27,222 nucleotides of DNA from an uncultured archaeon (GCA_964447495.1 CAYUTF010000028.1:1-27222); one strand, 5' to 3'. Counted from the stretch's first letter, positions 17,850 through 25,321 are shown. Translations and numbers: made by a program. Notes: generated from the sequence alone by a model not told the origin.

Positions 17850-20129
17850 ATGGGGAATTTTAGTTTAAAGCTCAATAATATTTTATTTCATTTATATCTA
17901 AGAAGACATACGGTCGTCTTCTTATCTTCTTTAATATCACTTCTTTTAATAGCATTTAATGTTTTTGGAATAAATGCGCTACTGTCTAACTTTAATATTC
18001 CCATTTTAACTATTTTCTTACAAATATTAACGCTCTGTGCGACGGCATTTACAATATTATTCTTACCAAATTACCCATTATTCTTTATCTTGCTTAAAAA
18101 AAAAGAATTTACCTTTTTAGAAAAACTTGGGATAACAATATCTTTTAATTTAGCGTTTTTTATTCTGATTGGTTATCTCGGCAATTCTTTTGGAATTCCA
18201 ATCACTGGTTTTTTCTATTTTTTAGTTGTTGCTACTATTTATTTTCTGTTTATATTGTTTATTATTATTAAAGATGTCAGAAGAAAAACTGTTTTTTTCC
18301 TTCAAAAACCTGCTAGCTCTGATGAAAAAGAACTGATCTATACCAATTTTTCATTTATTAGCTACTGTAAAAGTAAAGTCCGCTTAAATATAGTGCTACT
18401 ATTTGTTTTCTTAATATTGTTGTCTGTTGTTCATTCGATTCGGTTTAGTTATTTTTATGGTACAGATGCTATGTATCATGTCTTTATGATGAATATGATA
18501 ACTAAACTCAATTATTTACCAACGAATCAATATTTTGGCGCTTTAGGTTTGCATATCTTTGGAGCCGTAATTAACTTTTTTTCAAATATAAATGTTATTT
18601 TAATAGGTAAATATTTTCTATTTTATACATATTTTGTATCAGCATTAATCTTTTATAATATTTTAAAGAGAATTTTTAAAAATCAAAATATAGCTATATT
18701 TGGTGTATTTCTATTAGAGAGTTCCTCGTTAGGGTTTAGTGTTATGATGTATGAGTTTTGGCCAACGAGCTTAGCTACAATACTCTCTTTAGAAATTTTT
18801 TTTCTATTATATGTACGACTTCAAAATTTTATTAAATTAGAACGACCAGATAAAAAAAATGTCCTCTCAAATATTTCATTTAATTATGCATTGATAATTT
18901 TACTTGGAGTGAGTGCTATTTTCACTCACTCATTAATCTCTATGATTTATATCGTTTCATTTTCGTTTATTTTTCTGATATATTTCGTTAAAAACTACAG
19001 GAGAGGAATCGATTTTATCGTTTTATGTATTGTATTACTAATCTTCTTAGCTTTATATGATACCACAGAGATAAGTCTTCATTGGAGGATTGCTAATTTT
19101 TTAAGTCTTCCTTGGTATTTTTTCATATTGGGTGGAATTGGCGGTGTGACATTAATCTTATATTTAAGAAGAGGTATAGATTTTTCTTCTGGACGATATA
19201 AAGCAGTAATTACTGGTAAAAAATATAAATACTATAAGACTCTTGAGGATAAATTCATTTTTCCCCTACTCTATTCATCTATAGTAATATTACTGTTCGT
19301 TTTTTGGTATTTAAATGTTTTTTTCCTTGATATGTATTTCTCAAAAATATTAATTTTAATAGAGAGCTTGATATTTGGATTTTTTTGCTACTGGGGACTT
19401 ATACTATTTCAAAAGCGAAGAAAAGGTAAACCGCTTTATTTATGGTTATTAGGGTTAATTGTTATTTATTTAGGAGCTTTTTCTCTTGATGTTTTTGTAT
19501 TACACGAATTTTGGTCGGGACGAATTTTACTTCTTTTCTCTCCTGTTATCATTATTGGATTTATGGCATATTTTTTTAAGATGTTAAAACTCAAATTAAT
19601 AAATACTCCCAAAATGAAATTTTTTATCTTGTTTGTTGTAATTTTTTCATTCTTCGCTCAATACTCTGATCTATTGATTGATGTCGATGGAATTGAATAT
19701 AACCTATATCATAGAGAAGTAAAATCTATATATTGGTATGCTAAGTATACTGATCAGCGAAATCTTATTATATGTGAATTTGGATTACCCTATGTTCTTT
19801 ATTATTATGACTATCCTTATGAAGAGAATAATAAGAGTATAACTACCTCAGATATTATAATAATTAATCAAAATCCCTTAGGATTTTTTAAACCAGAAGA
19901 TCATTTCTATGAAAATGGAACAAATAAATTACAGCAGTTAAAAGCAGAGTTAAATACAGATATTTACCTTATTCTAGATGATAATTATTTAGTATTTGGA
20001 ACTTGGGAAGTTTTTCAACGCCTAACCGAACAAGAGATGGCAAGTTATTATTATATGGATTATCTTAATAGAATTGCATCCTGTAAAAGTGAAAATGGTA
20101 TAGAAGTGCCCTATTACTGGGTCATTTAA
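17850..20129 (+). CDS. Large multi-pass membrane protein, putative GT-C-fold glycosyltransferase
   Basis: 759 aa with many hydrophobic helices; GTDAMYH loop (DxxYH, 18459-18479) after the N-terminal helices; soluble C-terminal domain starting REVKSIYWYAKYT. No WWDYG motif. Confidence 0.6.
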   Translation: MGNFSLKLNNILFHLYLRRHTVVFLSSLISLLLIAFNVFGINALLSNFNIPILTIFLQILTLCATAFTILFLPNYPLFFILLKKKEFTFLEKLGITISFNLAFFILIGYLGNSFGIPITGFFYFLVVATIYFLFILFIIIKDVRRKTVFFLQKPASSDEKELIYTNFSFISYCKSKVRLNIVLLFVFLILLSVVHSIRFSYFYGTDAMYHVFMMNMITKLNYLPTNQYFGALGLHIFGAVINFFSNINVILIGKYFLFYTYFVSALIFYNILKRIFKNQNIAIFGVFLLESSSLGFSVMMYEFWPTSLATILSLEIFFLLYVRLQNFIKLERPDKKNVLSNISFNYALIILLGVSAIFTHSLISMIYIVSFSFIFLIYFVKNYRRGIDFIVLCIVLLIFLALYDTTEISLHWRIANFLSLPWYFFILGGIGGVTLILYLRRGIDFSSGRYKAVITGKKYKYYKTLEDKFIFPLLYSSIVILLFVFWYLNVFFLDMYFSKILILIESLIFGFFCYWGLILFQKRRKGKPLYLWLLGLIVIYLGAFSLDVFVLHEFWSGRILLLFSPVIIIGFMAYFFKMLKLKLINTPKMKFFILFVVIFSFFAQYSDLLIDVDGIEYNLYHREVKSIYWYAKYTDQRNLIICEFGLPYVLYYYDYPYEENNKSITTSDIIIINQNPLGFFKPEDHFYENGTNKLQQLKAELNTDIYLILDDNYLVFGTWEVFQRLTEQEMASYYYMDYLNRIASCKSENGIEVPYYWVI

Positions 20130-20910
20130 TAATCTCAAACCCTTCTGAAAAAGAATTAGTAAATTTTTCTTTTAAAATCTCATCTTTATCGCCTGTAATT
20201 TTAAACATCTTAGGAATTTTACCTGAATATCCAATTTTATCATTTCTACAAATAAAAGCGCCATTTACTCCATCAATATCATCCGCGTTATCTAATGCAT
20301 CCTTGATTGATTTTTCGATATCACTCCCTTTAACTAGGTTCCCAATTTTTGTTGCAGCTCCATCTGCTATGGTAGCATTTTTGGCAAATATGGTAACAAT
20401 ATCGGATTGTCCCAAACTTACAGCATGGCCGATTTTAGCAGAACTAGAAGCAATGCCCATGGGACACTCTTTTTTCTCAATTAAAAAACCAATATTAAGA
20501 TTTAATTTGTTATAGCCTGCATACAGAGCAATCTTCATTGCTTTCTCAGAATCTACTGCTATTTCGCCTCCATTTTCAATGAGAGCAACTTTTGCTGGAA
20601 CAGGGTTTGATATCGATTTAATTTTCATCTCCTCAAGCATCAAATCTGCGAAAGCACCTGCAACTGTAGCCATTGGCCCCACATCACATAATAGAGAACC
20701 TTCAGTCATTAAATTAATTATTCGTTCGTCAGTATGAATCTCTATGGGTGAAAACGAGGTCAAAAATTCGTTATGAGATTTAATATAATTTTCTAATATT
20801 CTTCTATGCCTAAAAAATCCCTTTTTTGCTACTAAAATTGCTTTTCTTGATTCCGAAATTAGTGTAATATCTGATTCTTTTTCAGTAAAATGATATTTAT
20901 ATAGTTTCAA
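20122..20910 (-). CDS. UPF0280 family (ApbE-like) protein
   Basis: KESDITLI, VGPMATVAGA, IENGGEIA, GIASSSAKIGHAVSLGQSD and ADGAATKIGN are typical of archaeal UPF0280 proteins. TTG start; 3' end overlaps the convergent gene by 8 bp. Confidence 0.85.
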   Translation of the reverse strand: MKLYKYHFTEKESDITLISESRKAILVAKKGFFRHRRILENYIKSHNEFLTSFSPIEIHTDERIINLMTEGSLLCDVGPMATVAGAFADLMLEEMKIKSISNPVPAKVALIENGGEIAVDSEKAMKIALYAGYNKLNLNIGFLIEKKECPMGIASSSAKIGHAVSLGQSDIVTIFAKNATIADGAATKIGNLVKGSDIEKSIKDALDNADDIDGVNGAFICRNDKIGYSGKIPKMFKITGDKDEILKEKFTNSFSEGFEIIK

Positions 20911-21020
20911 CCTTAAATCTCAATAAATTTAATTATATCTTAAACCTTAAGATTTACATTTAAATAAATATAAATAAATTACATATTATTATTTATTCAA
21001 AAAGTTCTTAAGAATCATAT

Positions 21021-21512
21021 ATGAAACAAATTAACTATGATGAAATTATAACCCAATTAAAGCGGGAGATCAATTCTGAATGTGCAATTGCGAATCGCTA
21101 TGGAATAGTATTGGGATCACTAATCAAAGAATTTGCTATAGGAAAGGTTATTCCTCAAAGGATTCTTTCATTAATATCTAATTCACAAAATATTGCAAAA
21201 GAATTAAATCTTAATCGTATAAATTCTTTCGCTATAGAAGCTCAAGAGTATAATTATTTATTTACGTTTAATGAAGAGTTAATTTTAATTTCTAAATTAA
21301 ATTTAGATGTGAATTTAGCAAAATTCATGCCAAGTATCAGTGTGTTTTTGAAAAGACTAAGTGAAAGCTCCAAAGATATAGAGATTAATGAATTCTCTGT
21401 TTTTGATTTTTCCAAGGAGATTAGTAAAATTCAAGATACTTTAAAAGAAGAGAAAATAAGAGAAAAGAAGTATTCTATTATAAAAGATCTAGTTAAATAT
21501 ATTTCAAATTAG
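21021..21512 (+). CDS. Roadblock/LC7 (MglB-like) domain protein with a C-terminal helical extension
   Basis: Pattern helix - CAIANRYGIVLGS - helix - KELNLNRINSFAIE..YNYLF..ELILIS..DVNLAKF - helix fits the roadblock topology; directly upstream of a small GTPase gene. Confidence 0.6.
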   Translation: MKQINYDEIITQLKREINSECAIANRYGIVLGSLIKEFAIGKVIPQRILSLISNSQNIAKELNLNRINSFAIEAQEYNYLFTFNEELILISKLNLDVNLAKFMPSISVFLKRLSESSKDIEINEFSVFDFSKEISKIQDTLKEEKIREKKYSIIKDLVKYISN

Positions 21513-21518
21513 ATATAC

Positions 21519-21526
21519 AGGAGTGA
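21519..21526 (+). promoter_or_regulatory. Shine-Dalgarno-like site AGGAGTGA for the longin-GTPase gene
   Basis: Lies between the roadblock stop (21512) and ATT codons at 21530/21533; no comparable site precedes ATG 21638. Confidence 0.6.
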
Positions 21527-21529
21527 AGC

Positions 21530-23695
21530 ATTATTTTAAGGCAAGTATATATTTATAAAGGCAATGATTTACTATATTATAGGCATTTCGGTAAAGCTCT
21601 AAAAACTGAAGTCTTTGATGCATTAATTAAAGATTTAATGCGCGATGCTTTTAGTAAAGGTGGAAATAAGGTAGAATATCATGATTATTATAAATACCGC
21701 ATATCTTATATTTCAGTAAAGGATTTAGAATTAATGTTTTTATTTGTAACTGGCTTAACTGATAATTTTGATAATATAAAGAAAGAATTGACAAAATGTA
21801 AAAAAGAATTTTTAAACCTATTTGAGGATATTATTCAGCATAAGTATGACTCTAAAACTTTTGAGGTTTTCGATCCCACCATTGACTCTATTCATAGAAA
21901 TTTACGTCCAAAAATCTCTCTCGTTGGATTTTCTGGAGTTGGAAAAACTACAATCACTCGTTTGATAAAAGCTGAAGAAATTCCGATGCAACATATCCCT
22001 ACAATCACAGGAGATATTGCAACGATTAAAATTGGTAAATTACACTTTCATCTTTGGGATTTTGCTGGTCAAGAGCAATTTAGTTATCTTTGGAATAATT
22101 TCATTAAAGGAAGTGATGCTGTTCTTCTAATAACGGATTCATCTTTAGAAAATGTAGAGAAAAGTAAATTTTTCTTAGAACTTATTAAAGAACAAGCACC
22201 AAATGCACATACCGCAATTATTGGAAATAAACAAGACTTAGAGCAGGCTATGAAACCCGAACAAATAGAAAAGATTTTGGGGTTGAAAACGTATTCCATG
22301 ATAGCAAAAAAAGCTGAAAATCGAGATAAAATGATTCAAATAGTAGCAGATATATTAGAGATGAGTGCAGAGGTTTCTCCTCTCTTAAAACCTTTATTAG
22401 AGAGGGATACATTTATAGAAGAGGCTACAAATGCATTAGAGAATGCAGAGTTTGAAAAAGCAGCTAATCTTTTTGAGAAAATAAGTGATTTATGCATTGA
22501 ATTAGGTGATGACTCATTGGGTCGTGAGTTTTATGAAAAGGCACAAAAAATTCGGTCAATGTTAGAAAAAGTAAGTTCTACTCAAACTGAAGTTAAAAAG
22601 GAACCCACATTAGAAGAACCAGTCTCTCCTCCTAAAGAAAAGCTTATTCCTCCTAAAGGAAAACCTATCCCTCCTGAAATAAAAGTTTTGAGGAAGGAAG
22701 AAAGCGGAGAAAGTGCACCAAAGCTGGAAGATGTGAAAGTTCCTGGTCCTCCACCTCCCCCACCAAAACCAATTTCAAAGGTTGAGACTAACCAAATTAA
22801 AACGGTTGAAATTAAAAAAGATGAAGAAAAACCAGTATCTTCAGAAGCTGCAATGGATAGCACTTCTTTAATTAAAGAGAGCACCTTTAGAAAAATTGAT
22901 AGTGCCTTAGAGGAGAGTAATGAAGCAGAAAAAGAAATAGTACCTAAACCGCAAGCTCAAAAAGTGGGATTAGAGTTAAATCCTGAAGATTTCATGGTAA
23001 AACAACGCCCAAAAACAGTTACTGCTGTTCCTAAAGATGCTAAGCAAAAGCTAAAAACATCTCCATATGGTCATGTGGAAAATACTCAAAAAGTTACGCC
23101 TACTGTTCCCGTAAATCCAGTTGAGTTAATTAAACCAAAATCATTTATACCCGCTAAAGAACAGAAGATTAAAAAAGAGTCTGTTTCATCCCAATCATTT
23201 CAATTATTCAAAGAAAGTTCATTTAAAACACCATTAGAAGTTAAACCACCTGTAAGCCCGACAATAAAACCCTCTAAACCACCCGAATTCATACCACAAC
23301 CTTCAAAAACGGAAATAGCCCCGAAGCCAATACCACAACCATTAGAAATCAAAGCACCAGTAGTTCCTATGATAAAACCTCCTAAAGTTGTCCCTGATTT
23401 AATTCCTGAATCGATCAAACCATCTGTTCCCTTGAAAGAATCCTCTCTGGAAACTGCACTTCCAAAGGAAATTCAACCTCAGTTAGATTCAGCACAAAAA
23501 TCGAATCTTGAAAAATCATTAATGGATTTAAAAGTGAAAAAAGCAAGTATATCTAAAATGGCTTTAGATCTTGATATGAAAGAATTAACTGGTGAAATTA
23601 CTCCTGATGAGCTCAATCAAAAGAAAGAAAAATTATCACAGATAGAAGAGAATATAAATAAACAAATTAGTGAAATAGAACGTATGTTAAAATAA
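21530..23695 (+). CDS. Longin domain-small GTPase (Arf/Rab-like) fusion with helical hairpin, long proline-rich linker and C-terminal coiled coil
   Basis: G1 GFSGVGKTT (21926), G2 IPTIT, G3 WDFAGQE, G4 GNKQD. The frame is open upstream of ATG 21638 back to TGA 21524-21526 and encodes IILRQVYIYKGNDLLYYRHFGKAL..., the first two longin beta strands. Start inferred at ATT 21530 or 21533. Confidence 0.82.
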   Translation: MILRQVYIYKGNDLLYYRHFGKALKTEVFDALIKDLMRDAFSKGGNKVEYHDYYKYRISYISVKDLELMFLFVTGLTDNFDNIKKELTKCKKEFLNLFEDIIQHKYDSKTFEVFDPTIDSIHRNLRPKISLVGFSGVGKTTITRLIKAEEIPMQHIPTITGDIATIKIGKLHFHLWDFAGQEQFSYLWNNFIKGSDAVLLITDSSLENVEKSKFFLELIKEQAPNAHTAIIGNKQDLEQAMKPEQIEKILGLKTYSMIAKKAENRDKMIQIVADILEMSAEVSPLLKPLLERDTFIEEATNALENAEFEKAANLFEKISDLCIELGDDSLGREFYEKAQKIRSMLEKVSSTQTEVKKEPTLEEPVSPPKEKLIPPKGKPIPPEIKVLRKEESGESAPKLEDVKVPGPPPPPPKPISKVETNQIKTVEIKKDEEKPVSSEAAMDSTSLIKESTFRKIDSALEESNEAEKEIVPKPQAQKVGLELNPEDFMVKQRPKTVTAVPKDAKQKLKTSPYGHVENTQKVTPTVPVNPVELIKPKSFIPAKEQKIKKESVSSQSFQLFKESSFKTPLEVKPPVSPTIKPSKPPEFIPQPSKTEIAPKPIPQPLEIKAPVVPMIKPPKVVPDLIPESIKPSVPLKESSLETALPKEIQPQLDSAQKSNLEKSLMDLKVKKASISKMALDLDMKELTGEITPDELNQKKEKLSQIEENINKQISEIERMLK
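22628..22690 (+). repeat. Three degenerate 21-nt in-frame tandem repeats (PPKEKLI / PPKGKPI / PPEIKVL)
   Basis: CCTCCT at 22628, 22649 and 22670; the first two continue as CCTCCTAAAG. Confidence 0.7.
23231..23445 (+). repeat. Degenerate 108-nt (36-aa) internal duplication in the proline-rich linker
   Basis: CCATTAGAA at 23231 and 23339; PLEVKPPVSPTIKPSKPPEFIP vs PLEIKAPVVPMIKPPKVVPDLIP. ATACCACAACC also recurs at 23291 and 23330. Confidence 0.7.
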
Positions 23696-23750
23696 CTTTT
23701 TTAGTGTCTTTCTTTTCTTGTTACTGAAATTATAGTTTTTTTCTATTTTT
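23696..23750 (+). terminator. Putative archaeal oligo-T terminator region after the longin-GTPase gene
   Basis: CTTTTTT...CTTTCTTTTCTT...GTTTTTTTCTATTTTT directly after TAA 23695. Confidence 0.4.
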
Positions 23751-23871
23751 ACTAAAAGAATAAGCTAAATTACAATTTTCTATTTAGTAACATTATACCT
23801 AAATTATTGTAAAAAATATTTATGTGATTATAACTTATAAAATTTTAAATTTTAGCTTTTAAATATCGATT

Positions 23872-23878
23872 GAGGTGG
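23872..23878 (+). promoter_or_regulatory. Shine-Dalgarno-like site GAGGTGG for the aspartate kinase gene
   Basis: 5 nt upstream of in-frame ATT 23884 and 20 nt upstream of ATG 23899. Confidence 0.6.
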
Positions 23879-23883
23879 AATAA

Positions 23884-25320
23884 ATTACTCTGATCATAAT
23901 GAAATTTGGAGGGAGTTGCTTAATCAATAATCAAGCTTTTAAAAAAATTATAAAAATAACCAAGCTTTATCAAAATGAGCAAAAAATCTATGTTGCTTCG
24001 GCATTAAATGGAATAACGGATTTACTGTTAAAGATGGCCAAGAGTGCTGAATCTGAAAAAGAGATCGACAATGATATGGCTTTATTAGAAAAGAGACATC
24101 TTGACGTAATTGAACAAATATTTAAGGAGGAGAGTGAGCATTATGTTAAAGCTAAAGATTGGGTTGATGAAAATCTTGGTTATTTAGAAAATCTTTTAGC
24201 GGATATCCGAGAATTTGGTTTTGAACCGTATTATCAAGATTATGTGATAAGTTTCGGAGAAATTCTTTCAACTTATATTCTTAATCAATACTTATTGAGT
24301 AAAGGGTATGATTCAATCTATATTCCTGCGAATGAGATAATTATCACAAACGATGAGTACAATAATGCTTATCCTTTATTTGAACTGACAAATGCGCGAA
24401 TGAAAAAATTAATAGTCCCTTTTTTAGAATTCCCTAAAGAAAATCTAATCATTTGTATAACAGGCTTTATTGGAAGAAATAAAATAGGATATACCACAAC
24501 ACTAGGACGAGGAGGCTCCGATTATACCGCAACGATTTTAGCACGCTCTTTATCAGAATTAGGGGTAGATAAAGATATCAAGGTTATCCTATGGAAAGAT
24601 GTTGATGGTATTTTAGCAATTGATCCCGATTTTGTGCCCCATTCATCGCTTATACGTTACTTAGACTATGATGAGGCAAAACACATTGCAAATTTTGGCG
24701 CAAAAGTGCTCCATCCAAAATGCTTAGAATCAATTGAAAAACTAAATATTCCATTAGAAATAAGAAATTTTAATAATCCTTATGAAGAAATTAATTATAC
24801 TACAATCTCGCCTAAATCCGACAAAGACCAAATTAAAGGTATCTCTACCATACAAGATGGAATCATAATCACAATTACTTCGGGTAGTCTTGTGGATATG
24901 CCCGGTGTTCTTGCTAAAATATTTAAAGTGATAAGTAAAAGTAAAATCAGTGTGTCTTTAGTTGCTCAGAGTGCTACAGAAATTAGTACGTCCTTTATTG
25001 TGAAAAAGGAAGATGCTGATAATGCAATTAGTTCTTTGAAAAGCTCGGATTACTTTTCTGAATTTTTTAAGATTAAATTTGAGGAGGTTGCTATAATCAA
25101 TATCACTGGTTCTAAAGTATTAGATAATATTACTAAAGTCAAAATTTTTCAAGCATTTGATAAAAAGAATATAAAAGTCAAAGCATTATCACAGAGCACT
25201 GATGAGATCAATTTTTCTATTGTTATTCAAAAAGATAGATTAATGGATGCGGTAAAAATATTACATCATGATCTATGCAAAGAATTTGAATCCATAAAAT
25301 GTAGTGATGAAATTGAATAA
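23884..25320 (+). CDS. lysC: Aspartate kinase with two C-terminal ACT domains
   Basis: KFGGS, VASA..GITD, SFGEILS, TGFIG, TTTLGRGGSDYTA, DVDG and FGAKVLHP; two ACT repeats (PGVLAKIF...QS.TEISTSF and KIFQAF...SQS.DEINFS). In-frame upstream ITLII completes the usual first strand, so the start is inferred at ATT 23884 (track ATG 23899). Confidence 0.9.
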   Translation: MTLIIMKFGGSCLINNQAFKKIIKITKLYQNEQKIYVASALNGITDLLLKMAKSAESEKEIDNDMALLEKRHLDVIEQIFKEESEHYVKAKDWVDENLGYLENLLADIREFGFEPYYQDYVISFGEILSTYILNQYLLSKGYDSIYIPANEIIITNDEYNNAYPLFELTNARMKKLIVPFLEFPKENLIICITGFIGRNKIGYTTTLGRGGSDYTATILARSLSELGVDKDIKVILWKDVDGILAIDPDFVPHSSLIRYLDYDEAKHIANFGAKVLHPKCLESIEKLNIPLEIRNFNNPYEEINYTTISPKSDKDQIKGISTIQDGIIITITSGSLVDMPGVLAKIFKVISKSKISVSLVAQSATEISTSFIVKKEDADNAISSLKSSDYFSEFFKIKFEEVAIINITGSKVLDNITKVKIFQAFDKKNIKVKALSQSTDEINFSIVIQKDRLMDAVKILHHDLCKEFESIKCSDEIE

Positions 25321-25321
25321 G

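Noticed and set aside
17850-20129. Calling the membrane protein oligosaccharyltransferase AglB/STT3
   Set aside because: It has a DxxYH-like loop but lacks the diagnostic WWDYG motif.
2710-20515. Other short ORFs in the track (2710, 2896, 3545, 5003, 7831, 9529, 14689, 15716, 16146, 16729, 20303; also 26178)
   Set aside because: All overlap longer genes with clear family motifs and show no recognisable motif of their own.
21638-22360. Calling the fusion GTPase a true Rag/Gtr or Roco protein
   Set aside because: Rag GTPases have the GTPase first with a C-terminal roadblock and an HKxD G4; here longin is N-terminal and G4 is NKQD. No LRR or COR domain is visible.
22582-22884. Minus-strand 100-aa ORF with a GGGGGG run (also 23200-23418 and 22084-22299)
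   Set aside because: Antisense shadows of the proline-rich GTPase gene; the Gly runs mirror Pro codons.
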